DNA of 64,000 nt from Candidatus Raymondbacteria bacterium RIFOXYA2_FULL_49_16 (GCA_001789205.1 MFYT01000023.1:19003-83002), one strand, 5' to 3'. Positions 7,419 through 17,717 are shown, numbered from the stretch's first letter. Program-made: numbers and translations. Notes: generated from the letters alone by a model not told the origin.

Positions 7419-10313
7419 TTACCGTCCAGTAATGGTTATTGACCCGTCCTGGAGTTTTTCCCTGTCAGTGATGTCGATGACCCTGATATGGAAATTGATT
7501 TTCTTGGTATCGCCCTTTTTCCTGAAGAGGCCCTGGCTGTAGGGAATCAGGAGATCGTCGAATTCAAGGTCGCTGGGGATGCGTGTATTTTCGTAGATGG
7601 ACTTGGAACCCCCGTCGTACCAGAATTCAACGCGTTTGACTAGACGGTAGTCTTCGACCCCTTCGATGCGAAAGGCGATGGATATTTCTTCAGCGCCCGC
7701 ATCGCTACCGGGCGGCGGCGGCGGAAGAATACGCTGGATTCTGGTGGAATTCCAGGTTGCGGGACTCAGCGGCCTCAGATAGGGCTGCTTGCTGATGAAT
7801 CCCGCCTTGGTCAGGGTCTTGGTAACCGTATTGCCGCCTTTGTCCTTTGCCTTGATGGTATATTGGATGTTTACACCATCGACATAATTCACCAATTGGG
7901 TCGCTCCATTGGTGGTTACGTCGAACTCATCTATCTGGCCTTCGCCCGATGCCTGGACCGTTACCTGAACCTCTTCGTCGGCCTTTGGACAGAGGAAGGA
8001 GCGGTCAAAGACCTTGATCGAAAGTTTGTCAGCCATCTCCTGAACCTGAAGCTCGGGTTTTTCCGTGTTTACCAGCGGACAGGTCCATGTCACGGAGATT
8101 TCCTTGTTTTCGGGGTTTGCCGCTTCATCAGCGGCGGTGAAGACGACTTCAGTTTCCTGGAAGCAGGCCTTGTCTGTGTTGATGATCTCGTAATTATAGC
8201 TCCTGATGGTGCCGCCCGCACCGGAAAGCGGGACAATTTTATCATTGGCCCGTAGTTCAACCGCGTTGGTTTTTACTTCGATCACTATTTTGGGAGCCAC
8301 GCATTTGGGCTGGGCAACCAGAAGCACCAGGTCGTATTTCTGTTTTTCATAACGAAAGGACACGGAACTCTTTTTTTCACCAGTGCGCTGGGAGGCGCCC
8401 GCGTTCACATTGACGGGCACGCGGATAGGCGCTGACGTAACGCCGTTGCAGCTGCTTTCGACGATAATGTCGAATTTTTTACGTACATCGGCGCCTGATT
8501 CGAGAATGGCCGACACCTCGACATCATAGTCGCCTGTTTCATCGGACATGGGATATTCGCATTCAAAGGTCCCATCGGAAAAGACGCGCGCCTCCTTGAC
8601 CCCGTCAATGAGCACCTTGGCAAGCGCTGGCGTGACTTTACCGCGAATAATGACCGGCAGCTTGATGAGCTTGGCGCTGTTGCGCGGCTCCGTGACCGTG
8701 AGGGTAAGGGGCTGGTCCTGGCCAGCGCCAAAACCGCTATTGACTGTTGCCGAAAACGAGGTGCCGGTCACTGTTGCCGGAGTACCGTTGATTTTTATGG
8801 TGGCTGCGGGATTGGTCGTGTTGCCTTTGACCGTAAAGACCGGGTCGACATCCGCGTTGCTGGAAGGTTCGGTGATCTCAATATCGCACGCGTTATCGCC
8901 GAGAGAGACCCTGACCTTTACCATGGCTTTCTGGGTTTGTCCCTTGGCGGTTGCCGTGATGGCAAGGGTATGCTCGCCAAAAGTGCGCGGCAGTTCGTAG
9001 AGACCGGCGAAGTTGCCCGAAGCGTCAGCTGTTACCTTGGCGCCCGAGCCGAAGGTGACAATTGCGCCAGGCAGAGTAATGCCCCGGACCGGGATCTTGT
9101 TTATTTTAACGAACTCTTCGCCTTCGGCAGGGGCATTGATTATGAGCGCAAGCTCCTTGGGCGTTTCAATGATGGAGACGTTTACCGAAAGGCTTTTTGA
9201 GAGGGCGCCCATTTTCGCGGTAAAAGTGACCTGGTAGTTACCCGGCGCCGCTGAAGGGAGTTTGTATGAGGCGGAGAAGCTGCCGGTGCCCGAGACAGTG
9301 ATCACCTGGCCATCGCCGAGTGCGACTGTGGCGTCCGGCGTCGCTGTGCCAGCGACATCAATGGTGTTACTGGTGGTGGTGGCGCCTTCGACGGGCGACT
9401 CAATGGCCAGGTCGATGGTTTTGGGCGCCGCGCCGCCTAGAACCACCTTCTTGGTTTTTGTGGCTGTGAGACCATCTTTGATCGCGGTGAACGTGATTTG
9501 CTGTTCGCCCGCGGCGTTTTCCGGGAAGGTATACGAGGAGGCGAAGCTGCCGTCGGCGCCGGGTATAATGTCGGCGCCGCCGCTGACTTTGATCACTGCG
9601 CCGGGAACGGTTTTACCCGCAAGGGCCACGACGTTGGAGGACAATACTGCGTCATCTTCAGGTGAGGTGATGTCGAGGAAAATGTCCCGCGACCCTTGTT
9701 GCCCTGGAGCGCCGGATATCGCCTGGACATTGACGCCTGCCGTTCCTTGGTTTACGGTTGCCTGCTGATTGGTGAAAACGAAGACTGGTTTGCCTCCTGA
9801 TTTGCTCGAAACTTCAACTGATCCTTCACGCACCTGGATGACCGTGCGGCCCTGCTGCACATTGACCCCGAGTTCCGTGCCGCGGATGGCCGCAGTGGCT
9901 GTGGGCGTTTCAAACACAAAACTCGACCGTGTGTTAGTGAGCTTTTTGACGTTCGCCAGGATGCTTCCGGTTTTGACCGAGAGCTTTGTGTTGTCGGCCT
10001 TGGTACGGCTGTCGCTGGAAAGTTCAGAGAGCTCGAATACGGTGTTTTCGGAGATGGTGATGACACTGCCCTCGGAGGTCTCAACATCGGCGCGGGATTC
10101 GACAAAGGTGCGGATCGCATCCCTACTTTTCAGCCGCAGGCCTATTTTAACTTCGCGCCATTCTTTTTCCTTATCACTTTTTACCATGACCTTTCCGACG
10201 TAGAATTTAAGCGTTGCACCGCGTTCTTTTAATTGTTGTGAAAAGGCGGCGCTGATAAAGATCGCGATAAAGAAGAGAAGAGAGAGGAACGAAACCCTAT
10301 TCAATATTTTCAT
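7419..10313 (-). CDS. large secreted protein with an N-terminal FecR-like domain followed by multiple Ig-like (Big) repeats
   Basis: 964 aa. Signal/TM MKILNRVSFLSLLFFIAIFISAAFS. The N-terminal KFYVGKVMVK...GSVITISENTVFELSEL resembles a FecR domain. Long Thr/Gly/Val-rich tandem Ig-like segments follow. Confidence 0.5.
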   Translation of the reverse strand: MKILNRVSFLSLLFFIAIFISAAFSQQLKERGATLKFYVGKVMVKSDKEKEWREVKIGLRLKSRDAIRTFVESRADVETSEGSVITISENTVFELSELSSDSRTKADNTKLSVKTGSILANVKKLTNTRSSFVFETPTATAAIRGTELGVNVQQGRTVIQVREGSVEVSSKSGGKPVFVFTNQQATVNQGTAGVNVQAISGAPGQQGSRDIFLDITSPEDDAVLSSNVVALAGKTVPGAVIKVSGGADIIPGADGSFASSYTFPENAAGEQQITFTAIKDGLTATKTKKVVLGGAAPKTIDLAIESPVEGATTTSNTIDVAGTATPDATVALGDGQVITVSGTGSFSASYKLPSAAPGNYQVTFTAKMGALSKSLSVNVSIIETPKELALIINAPAEGEEFVKINKIPVRGITLPGAIVTFGSGAKVTADASGNFAGLYELPRTFGEHTLAITATAKGQTQKAMVKVRVSLGDNACDIEITEPSSNADVDPVFTVKGNTTNPAATIKINGTPATVTGTSFSATVNSGFGAGQDQPLTLTVTEPRNSAKLIKLPVIIRGKVTPALAKVLIDGVKEARVFSDGTFECEYPMSDETGDYDVEVSAILESGADVRKKFDIIVESSCNGVTSAPIRVPVNVNAGASQRTGEKKSSVSFRYEKQKYDLVLLVAQPKCVAPKIVIEVKTNAVELRANDKIVPLSGAGGTIRSYNYEIINTDKACFQETEVVFTAADEAANPENKEISVTWTCPLVNTEKPELQVQEMADKLSIKVFDRSFLCPKADEEVQVTVQASGEGQIDEFDVTTNGATQLVNYVDGVNIQYTIKAKDKGGNTVTKTLTKAGFISKQPYLRPLSPATWNSTRIQRILPPPPPGSDAGAEEISIAFRIEGVEDYRLVKRVEFWYDGGSKSIYENTRIPSDLEFDDLLIPYSQGLFRKKGDTKKINFHIRVIDITDREKLQDGSITITGR

Positions 10314-10468
10314 TGCAAGCCCCCTGGTTTTCAGGTACTATTGATTAAAATATACTTAAACAACTCGAAATACAACATTTAAAATAAATATTATTTGATA
10401 GCATGGTGAAATATTTTTTCGGTAATCAGACATACATTATTAATATAAATTAAATAGCTATTTTCTTC

Positions 10469-10484
10469 TGTGATTTCAATCACA
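10469..10484. promoter_or_regulatory. CRP/FNR-type palindromic operator candidate, TGTGA-N6-TCACA
   Basis: Perfect TGTGAtttcaaTCACA sits in the AT-rich divergent intergenic region between the 964-aa gene (start 10313, minus strand) and the small plus-strand gene at 10618. TATAAT follows at 10491-10496. Confidence 0.3.
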
Positions 10485-10617
10485 TTTGGTTATAATACAT
10501 TCAAAATCAGAGGCTTATAATAAATAAATCCCTGCTATTATTTGCTTGATTTGTTGTAATGCTATAAATTATAATATAGTTATAGTTCTTTTTGAAATTT
10601 TTTGGAAGGAAAATCAC

Positions 10618-10998
10618 ATGGTTCCTGAAATGGTTGAAGAAAAAGTTGACGTTGTTGAAAAGATCAATAGAAATGAAACGGTTGAGGCAATCAGCGTCAA
10701 TTATGAAGAGAACGGTATTCTTCTGGTCAAAGAAATAAAGAAGGAAATCCTTTCCCGGGGTGCTTGGGCAACGGTAATGTTCCTATACCAGGAATACGAT
10801 CGGGCGAATAGTTCATATAAACCACCTAAAATTTCTTTGCGCCGCTATCAGAAAAAAAATGGCAACTATATCCAGCGGAGCAAATTCAGTATTTCCGGCG
10901 AAAAACAAGCGGGTCTTATTTCTCAAAAAATTAGTGATTGGTATCGCGAATTCGGCGGTGTTGTTGCCGGCGGATCTTCGGACGACGCCGAGGCCTGA
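10618..10998 (+). CDS. hypothetical acidic small protein
   Basis: Reading frame begins at MVPEMVEE and is preceded by GGAAGGA. Length 126 aa with no recognisable motif. Its stop immediately precedes the ybeY start. Confidence 0.4.
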   Translation: MVPEMVEEKVDVVEKINRNETVEAISVNYEENGILLVKEIKKEILSRGAWATVMFLYQEYDRANSSYKPPKISLRRYQKKNGNYIQRSKFSISGEKQAGLISQKISDWYREFGGVVAGGSSDDAEA

Positions 10999-11008
10999 AG
11001 AACGCATT

Positions 11009-11410
11009 GTGCCATTGGTATCGGTTTTTTCGCGCTGTTCGAGCCACCCTTTTCCCCTCAAAGTCCTCCAATCACGCGCCCAGAGGCTTTTAGCGCATGA
11101 ACTGCCCGCTGCCGCGCCGGTCTTCATTGTGTTGTGTGGAAACCGGTTTATCAGGACGCTGAATAACAAATACAGAAAAAAGGACAGGCCCACAGACGTC
11201 CTTTCGTTCAATTTCAACGATCCTGATCTTCTGGGAGAGATTTATATTTCCCTTGAAAAGGCCCGTTCGCAGGCCCGCGAATATGGTATTTCCCTGAAGC
11301 AGGAGGTTTGGCGCCTTGCGACCCATGGTCTTTTCCACCTGCTCGGATATACGCATCATAAAAAAAGAGACAGGGTTATCATGCAGCGGAAAGAAGCCTG
11401 TTATCACTGA
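11009..11410 (+). CDS. ybeY: endoribonuclease YbeY (rRNA maturation factor)
   Basis: C-terminal HGLFHLLGYTHH is the YbeY H3xH5xH zinc motif, and PTDVLSF lies upstream. GTG start chosen at 11009, just after the stop of the preceding ORF. The six-frame ORF extends to 10859 and overlaps. Confidence 0.8.
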   Translation: MPLVSVFSRCSSHPFPLKVLQSRAQRLLAHELPAAAPVFIVLCGNRFIRTLNNKYRKKDRPTDVLSFNFNDPDLLGEIYISLEKARSQAREYGISLKQEVWRLATHGLFHLLGYTHHKKRDRVIMQRKEACYH

Positions 11411-11478
11411 AGAGACTAGCACCCCCTTCTTTGTAGCAAAAACAATACCATAATTATTATCTTAAAAGTAGGAAAAAT

Positions 11479-12366
11479 ATGGGCGAGACTAATATAAAAC
11501 ACGACCATGAAATCGTCGAGGAGTTGATCGACGAAGATATTATTGGCCTTGAGAGCGGTGACATTATTGACCGGATTGAGGCGGTTGAAAAATACAACAA
11601 GGTCAAAAACCGGCATGGTAAAACATTTTACCAGAAGCTTATTTTCGCCCTTACGAATATCCGGATAGACGAGAAAACCGCCAGTGATGACTGGAAAAGC
11701 ATCCTCCTCCACATGCGTGCCATGAACCAGAAACTTGGTAGAAATGTAGGCATCAGGGTTGCCACGTTGGATTTTTACACCAACTTCAAAAAGCAGATTG
11801 TGAGTCCTAAGATAATCGATATGAACGAATACACTACCACGGTGCGGCAGTCGATTACCGACCCCCTTACCCGGTGCTACAATCGCCGGTATTTCGATTA
11901 TCTCATTAAGCACCACTTCGTGGTTGCGCAGGAGACCGGGAAACCCATTGTCTTTTGCATGGCGGATATCGATGATTTCAAGCTTTTCAATGACCGGCAT
12001 GGCCATATTGCGGGCGACCTTGCGCTTATTGAAATTTCCCGCATTCTAAACGCGGTGACTCGGAAGACCGATATTGTTGCGCGCTATGGCGGCGAGGAAT
12101 TCGGCATTATAATGCCGGGCGTCAGGAAAAAGGACGCTGAAAAGGTCTGTTCGCGGTTGCGTAAAGCTGTTGCCGCTTACCGGTTTCCGGGCGGGACCGG
12201 TCTTACGGGCAAAAAGATGACTATTTCAGTGGGCATTGCCGGTTCCGAGGATGGACCAGCGACACACATGGACCTGATCCAAAAGGCCGATACCGCGCTC
12301 TACCAATGCAAGAATGGCGGGAAAAACTGCGTCAGGCTTTTTCAACCTGTTTTGGTGTCCCAATGA
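11479..12366 (+). CDS. GGDEF-domain diguanylate cyclase
   Basis: RYGGEEFGIIMPG is the GGEEF active-site motif, with DIDDFKLFNDRHGH upstream (GGDEF domain). The N-terminal ~150 aa is an unknown sensory region. Confidence 0.8.
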   Translation: MGETNIKHDHEIVEELIDEDIIGLESGDIIDRIEAVEKYNKVKNRHGKTFYQKLIFALTNIRIDEKTASDDWKSILLHMRAMNQKLGRNVGIRVATLDFYTNFKKQIVSPKIIDMNEYTTTVRQSITDPLTRCYNRRYFDYLIKHHFVVAQETGKPIVFCMADIDDFKLFNDRHGHIAGDLALIEISRILNAVTRKTDIVARYGGEEFGIIMPGVRKKDAEKVCSRLRKAVAAYRFPGGTGLTGKKMTISVGIAGSEDGPATHMDLIQKADTALYQCKNGGKNCVRLFQPVLVSQ

Positions 12367-13208
12367 TCAACGGCGCAACACGGCTATTGGGGGTCATTGG
12401 CAGTCCCATTGAACATACACGGTCGCCGCACATGCACAACGAGGCGCTTTCCAGGCTTCGCATCAACGCGGTCTATGTGCCGCTCAAGGTTGAATCGCAT
12501 ATGCTCAAGGCCGCGGTCAACGGGTTGCGCGCATTTAATTTCCTGGGCGCAAACGTGACCATTCCCTACAAAGAGGCGGTGGCGCCGTATCTCGACAGTA
12601 TATCAAACGAATCGGCGCTTATTGGCGCGGTTAATACTATTGTCAACCGTCGTGGCCGGCTTTGGGGCACCACTACCGATCCTGACGGCATTCTGGGAGC
12701 GCTCAAACGCGGCACAATGGGCTATGAGGGAAAACGGGTCACCATCATGGGAACAGGCGGGGCGGCGCGTACGGCGCTTTTCACCTTTCTACTTAACGGC
12801 GTGCGTGATATCGTGGTCGCGGGCCGGCGGCCTGAACGGGCCCGGAGTATGGCGGCAAAGGCGCGGCGGGCATGCGGCGTCCTGGTGCCGGTCCTCTCCC
12901 TTGACAGCGGCGAGTTCAGGGACCGTATACGCGAAACAGAGCTTCTGGTCAATGCCACCTCCGCGGGTATGTATCCGCGTATGCGTGAAACGCCGGTAGC
13001 GGCCGCATTGCTGCACGGGCGCATGGCGGTCTTCGACATGATTTATAATCCGCTGGTCAGCAGGTTTCTCCGCGAGGCCGCGCGCGCCGGGGCCAGGACC
13101 ATGAACGGCCTGCCAATGCTTGTGTATCAGGGCATGGCCTCTTTTACGCTCTGGACTGGAAAAAGAACGGCGTTCGAAGTATTTTATAGAAAGGCGCTTG
13201 CTGCATGA
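12363..13208 (+). CDS. aroE: shikimate 5-dehydrogenase
   Basis: [34 protein letters not shown] and a [11 protein letters not shown] Rossmann motif. The ATG at 12363 overlaps the GGDEF stop (ATGA). Confidence 0.8.
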   Translation: MINGATRLLGVIGSPIEHTRSPHMHNEALSRLRINAVYVPLKVESHMLKAAVNGLRAFNFLGANVTIPYKEAVAPYLDSISNESALIGAVNTIVNRRGRLWGTTTDPDGILGALKRGTMGYEGKRVTIMGTGGAARTALFTFLLNGVRDIVVAGRRPERARSMAAKARRACGVLVPVLSLDSGEFRDRIRETELLVNATSAGMYPRMRETPVAAALLHGRMAVFDMIYNPLVSRFLREAARAGARTMNGLPMLVYQGMASFTLWTGKRTAFEVFYRKALAA

Positions 13209-13930
13209 ACCAGATCCGCACCGACAGGATTGTCAGGGTATACAGCGGCCGCAAGGTTGTCAACGAGGTTTCCATCACCGTGAACAAGGGTGAAGTCGTG
13301 GGCCTTCTGGGACCCAATGGCGCGGGAAAGACAACGAGTTTCTATATGATCGTTGGTCTGATCAAACCCACAAAAGGGAGGATTTTCGGCGATGACCGCG
13401 ACATCACCAGCCTGCCCATGTACCGCCGCGCGCGCGTGGGCATCGGCTACCTGCCCCAAGAGGCGTCGGTGTTCCGGAAACTGTCTGTCGAGGACAATAT
13501 CATGGCCATTCTCGAATCACTGAAAATACCGGACCATGATCGGCGCGAACGGCTCGAACAATTACTTGAAGACTTTAATATCACCGCGGTCCGGAAAAGC
13601 CTGGCCTACACGCTCTCGGGCGGAGAACGAAGGCGTACGGAAATCGCCCGCTCGCTTGCCACCACCCCGGATTTCATGTTGCTCGACGAACCCTTTGCGG
13701 GTATTGACCCCATTGCGGTCGAGGACATCCAGTCGATAATCTCGGGGCTCAGGCAAAAAGGCCTGGGCGTGCTTATTACCGACCATAATGTACGCGATAC
13801 CCTTGCCATCACCGACCGCGCCTATATTATATGCGAGGGCCAAATTCTCAAGGAAGGCACAGCGGAATTTCTCGCCAACGACCCTGAGGCGCGGAAAATT
13901 TATCTGGGCACCAACTTCAAGCTGGATTGA
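13205..13930 (+). CDS. lptB: LPS export ABC transporter ATP-binding protein LptB
   Basis: Walker [10 protein letters not shown], signature LSGGERRR, Walker [11 protein letters not shown]. It is 241 aa and lies immediately upstream of rpoN, the canonical lptB-rpoN arrangement. ATGA overlap with aroE. Confidence 0.85.
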   Translation: MNQIRTDRIVRVYSGRKVVNEVSITVNKGEVVGLLGPNGAGKTTSFYMIVGLIKPTKGRIFGDDRDITSLPMYRRARVGIGYLPQEASVFRKLSVEDNIMAILESLKIPDHDRRERLEQLLEDFNITAVRKSLAYTLSGGERRRTEIARSLATTPDFMLLDEPFAGIDPIAVEDIQSIISGLRQKGLGVLITDHNVRDTLAITDRAYIICEGQILKEGTAEFLANDPEARKIYLGTNFKLD

Positions 13931-13943
13931 TACGGAGGCGATT

Positions 13944-15422
13944 TTGAACATTTCCCTAGAGACCTCGTTAAAACTGAGCCAGACGCTGTCGCCGCAGATG
14001 ATCCAGTCGCTCAAATTGCTCCAGTATTCCAACCTCCAGCTCGAACAGGTGATCCGTCAGGAGATGCAGCAGAATCCCATTCTGGAAGAGGTCCCTTCCG
14101 ACGAGCCTGTACAAGAAGATCCTGTCCAAGAAGAGGAGTCGCGCGAAGAACCCGCGCTCGCTGAAGAGGCCGCCCCTGAGGCGCCTGTAGCCGACACCCC
14201 TTCTTCAAACGACGACGAACCAGCTGAAACGGCCCAAAGCGAGGATGAAACTGATTGGGAAGAGTATTTCGATGACGGGTTCGACCTTGGATATCGTACT
14301 ACCGAGGAGGAACGGGTCGATGAGATCTACGAGAAAATTCCAGTGAACACAGCCTCGCTTGAGGAGCACCTGCTCAAACAGCTTCAGGAAAAGAGCCTTG
14401 CACCCGGCCAGCAGGCCATTGGCGAATTTATCATCGGCAACATCAACGACAAAGGGTACCTGGTGGTCACACCCGAGGATATCGCTAGCCGTTTTTCAAC
14501 TGACGTCAAACATGCGGAAGAGGTCCGGCACATCATCCAGAACTTCGATCCCCAGGGAGTCGCGTCCCTTAATCTGCAGGAATGCCTGCTTACCCAGATA
14601 CGGGCAAAAGGCATGGGATCATCGCTTATGGCGGCGATTGTTTCAGACCATTTCGAATTGTTGAAAAAGTACCACCTTCCCGAAATAGCCCGGAAGCTCT
14701 CGGTCCCGGTCACCGAGGTGCAGAACGCGGTACACGATCTCTCAAAGTTCGAACCAAGCCCTGGAACGCTTATTGGGTCTGGGCGGCCGCAAGTAATCAT
14801 TCCTGACCTTATTGTAAATAAACTTGAAAACGGGGAGTTTTCGATAACGCTCAACGACGGTTCCGTGCCCATAATGCGTGTGAGCCAGCCCTATCTTAAT
14901 CTGCTTAAACGGGAACGGAAAAAGTCCCCCGATGTGCGCAAATATCTTTCAGAAAAGCTCAATGCCGCGAATTGGCTCCTCCGCTCCATTGAGCAGCGCA
15001 AGATCACCATGATCAAGGTAATGACCGCCATTGTCGACAAGCAGCGGACCTGGTTCGAAAAAGGTCCGCCCAATCTCAAACCGCTCATTCTCCAGGAAAT
15101 CGCGGACCAGATCAGTATGCACATCTCCACGGTCTGCAGGGTCACCAATGGCAAATATGTGCAAACGCCCTATGGCATCTTTGAATTGAAGTATTTTTTC
15201 AGCGGCGGGGTCGATCAGGACGATGGTACCGAGATGTCCACATCGGGTGCCAAGGACCTCATCAAGGAGTTCATTGACAACGAAAACAAGAAGCGGCCCT
15301 TAAGCGACCAAAAACTGGTTGAGATGCTGCAACAGCGGGGTATCCAGGTGGCGCGCCGGACAATATCAAAATACCGGGAACAGATGAATGTTTTGCCCGC
15401 GAGGTTGAGGAAGGAGTTCTAA
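13944..15422 (+). CDS. rpoN: RNA polymerase sigma-54 factor
   Basis: N-terminal LKLSQTLSPQMIQSLKLLQ (region I), an acidic linker, and a C-terminal RpoN box ARRTISKYRE. TTG start at 13944 with GGAGG 5 nt upstream. Confidence 0.85.
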   Translation: MNISLETSLKLSQTLSPQMIQSLKLLQYSNLQLEQVIRQEMQQNPILEEVPSDEPVQEDPVQEEESREEPALAEEAAPEAPVADTPSSNDDEPAETAQSEDETDWEEYFDDGFDLGYRTTEEERVDEIYEKIPVNTASLEEHLLKQLQEKSLAPGQQAIGEFIIGNINDKGYLVVTPEDIASRFSTDVKHAEEVRHIIQNFDPQGVASLNLQECLLTQIRAKGMGSSLMAAIVSDHFELLKKYHLPEIARKLSVPVTEVQNAVHDLSKFEPSPGTLIGSGRPQVIIPDLIVNKLENGEFSITLNDGSVPIMRVSQPYLNLLKRERKKSPDVRKYLSEKLNAANWLLRSIEQRKITMIKVMTAIVDKQRTWFEKGPPNLKPLILQEIADQISMHISTVCRVTNGKYVQTPYGIFELKYFFSGGVDQDDGTEMSTSGAKDLIKEFIDNENKKRPLSDQKLVEMLQQRGIQVARRTISKYREQMNVLPARLRKEF

Positions 15423-15502
15423 AAAAGGCGCGAGGCGCGAGGACCAAAGGCGCGAGGAAGATATCCTCGGTCCCTCGGTCCTGGATCCTCGATCCTGCAT
15501 GT

Positions 15503-16369
15503 ATGCATACAGTACTTCGAAAACCAGCATGGCTTAAAAAACCTATACGTGAAAGCGACGGGCGTCGCAGCGTCGAACATATACTCCAGCGGCAGGGCTT
15601 ACATACCGTCTGCCGCGAAGCGTGCTGTCCCAATCTTTCGGAATGTTTTGCCAGGGGCACGGCCACTTTCCTGCTCATGGGAGCGCGCTGCACACGGGCG
15701 TGCCGCTTCTGCGCCGTGGATCATGGCGTTCCATCGCCGCTCGATTCCGGCGAACCGGTACGAATTGCCGCCGCAGCTCGTGACATGGGATTACGGCATG
15801 CGGTACTTACCTCGGTCACGCGCGACGATCTTCAGGACGGGGGAGCCGCCCATTTTTGCGCCGCCATTTCCGCTCTCCGGAGAACATCGCCCGGTATTGT
15901 CGTGGAAGCGCTCACCCCCGATTTTCAGGGGAGCGAGGCTGCGCTTGCTGCGCTTGCGGAACACGCCCCGGATATTTTCAACCATAATGTTGAAACCGTA
16001 CCGCGGCTCTACCATATCAGGCCCGGCGCCTTGTTCGAACGCTCGCTCTCGGTGCTTGCCTGTGCCAGAGCGCTTATGCCCGGGGCGCGGATAAAATCAG
16101 GCCTCATGGTCGGTCTGGGTGAGACCCGGGACGAAGTTTTTGAGACAATTGCCCGGCTCAGACAGAGCGGTTGCGATATGCTCTGCGTGGGACAATACCT
16201 TGCCCCCTCTAGGGCCCATGAGCCGGTTGTCGAATATGTCACCCCAGGCCAATTCGACGAATATCGGGACCACGCGCTGTCGCTGGGCTTTTCCGGGGCT
16301 TTGTGCGGGCCTTTTGTACGCAGTTCGTACATGGCCGATACGGTAACAGTGGAAACAGAGACAGTGTAA
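15503..16369 (+). CDS. lipA: lipoyl synthase
   Basis: KPAWLKKP, LHTVCREACCPNLSECF, and the radical-SAM CTRACRFCAV motif. Confidence 0.85.
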   Translation: MHTVLRKPAWLKKPIRESDGRRSVEHILQRQGLHTVCREACCPNLSECFARGTATFLLMGARCTRACRFCAVDHGVPSPLDSGEPVRIAAAARDMGLRHAVLTSVTRDDLQDGGAAHFCAAISALRRTSPGIVVEALTPDFQGSEAALAALAEHAPDIFNHNVETVPRLYHIRPGALFERSLSVLACARALMPGARIKSGLMVGLGETRDEVFETIARLRQSGCDMLCVGQYLAPSRAHEPVVEYVTPGQFDEYRDHALSLGFSGALCGPFVRSSYMADTVTVETETV

Positions 16370-16395
16370 AACACTATATTTCAAAGGGAGAACAC

Positions 16396-16725
16396 ATGAA
16401 CATCCAATTTACGGCGCGTCATTTCACCGCTTCTGACATGCTCAGGGAAAGCATCACCGACCAGGTTCGCGACCTCACCCGGTTTTTTGAAAACATCATT
16501 TCAGTGCATGTCGTTCTTGACGCCGAGGACAAGCTCAGACGCACCGCTGAACTGGTTGTTGCCACCAGAGGGAAGAGCATAACCGGAAAGGGGAGCGGCG
16601 AAAATATGGGCAAGGCCGTTGATCAAGCCTTTTCAAAAGTTGAGCGGCAACTGAAAAAACTGAACCAGAAGATAAAGGGCCATAAAGAAAAGGGCTTGCG
16701 CAAAACAATGCAGGAGTCCATGTAA
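16396..16725 (+). CDS. hpf: ribosome hibernation promoting factor / sigma-54 modulation protein
   Basis: MNIQFTARHFTASDMLRESI... is typical of the HPF/RaiA/YfiA fold. AAGGGAG RBS upstream. Position after rpoN is conserved. Confidence 0.85.
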   Translation: MNIQFTARHFTASDMLRESITDQVRDLTRFFENIISVHVVLDAEDKLRRTAELVVATRGKSITGKGSGENMGKAVDQAFSKVERQLKKLNQKIKGHKEKGLRKTMQESM

Positions 16726-16739
16726 TTCCGGAGGTTTTC

Positions 16740-17717
16740 TTGGGAGATTTTGTCCTCAGTAAAAAGAAGCAGAGCATCACGGCCGACGAGCTTTTTTCAA
16801 AGAATGCGGACCTGTTTAAGACGCGTTTTCTTACTGGAAAAAAGGGGCTGGGCCGCAAGATAGAGTCGCACGAAATACACTATCCCGCGCTCGCGCTCAC
16901 CGGGTTTCTTGACCGGTTTGCCTTCAAGAAAATCCAGTTTATATCCGAGATCGAATGGCATTACCTGGGCGCGCAATCGCCCGCGCGCCGAAAAGAGTGC
17001 GTTGCCAAAATATGCGAGTTCGCCATTCCCGCCATCGTGGTCACGCGCGGCCGCAAAGTGCACAATGAACTTTTTGACGCCTGCAGGAAATTCCATGTTC
17101 CCTTCTACAGCACGCCCCTTTCCTCCCAGGACCTCCATTTTAAGATGTCGGATTTTCTCGAGGAGTATTTTGCGCCGCGCATTACCCTGCACTCAAGCCT
17201 TGTCGACGTCTATGGCATTGGCCTTCTCTATACGGGCAAGAGCGGCATCGGCAAGAGCGAGTGTGTTCTCGATCTGGTCGAACGGGGCCACCGTCTGGTT
17301 GCTGACGATATTGTCACGGTCATGAAAAAGGGGAACACCCTTATTGGAAGCGGCAGTCCGCTCCTGGGTCACCATATGGAAATCAGGGGCGTGGGCATTA
17401 TTAACATCGAGGCGCTTTTCGGGGTGCGGGCCATTCGTATGAACAAGAAGATCGAAGTCATGGTCGAGTTAGTCGAATGGGGAAACAGCGCCAACTACGA
17501 ACGGTTGGGCCTTGACGAGACCACCACCGGCATCCTGGACGTGCCTGTTGACAAGATCACCATCCCTATTTTCCCGGGGAAGAACATAACTGTCATTTCC
17601 GAGGTCATTGCCATGAATAAACTGCTGAAAATGAACGGGATCAATTCCGCGGCAGAATTCAACCAGCGGCTGTTGAAAACATTGCAGAACAAACAACAAT
17701 CAAGGAGCGGGACATGA
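16740..17717 (+). CDS. hprK: HPr kinase/phosphorylase
   Basis: Walker A GKSGIGKSE and HMEIRGVGIINIEALFG are HprK signature motifs. TTG start. Confidence 0.85.
   Translation: MGDFVLSKKKQSITADELFSKNADLFKTRFLTGKKGLGRKIESHEIHYPALALTGFLDRFAFKKIQFISEIEWHYLGAQSPARRKECVAKICEFAIPAIVVTRGRKVHNELFDACRKFHVPFYSTPLSSQDLHFKMSDFLEEYFAPRITLHSSLVDVYGIGLLYTGKSGIGKSECVLDLVERGHRLVADDIVTVMKKGNTLIGSGSPLLGHHMEIRGVGIINIEALFGVRAIRMNKKIEVMVELVEWGNSANYERLGLDETTTGILDVPVDKITIPIFPGKNITVISEVIAMNKLLKMNGINSAAEFNQRLLKTLQNKQQSRSGT

Noticed and set aside
8405-10203. several 100-170-aa ORFs in both strands inside 7419-10313
   Set aside because: All are nested in or antisense to the 964-aa Ig-repeat gene. The repetitive Thr/Gly/Val composition generates spurious open frames.
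12306-12362. upstream extension of aroE to 12306 (ORF-track start)
   Set aside because: It would overlap the GGDEF gene by 60 nt. The ATG at 12363 gives the usual ATGA stop/start coupling and a normal AroE N-terminus ([16 protein letters not shown]).
15271-15693. 140-aa minus-strand ORF spanning the rpoN-lipA junction
   Set aside because: Overlaps the well-supported lipA start and the rpoN end. No motif.
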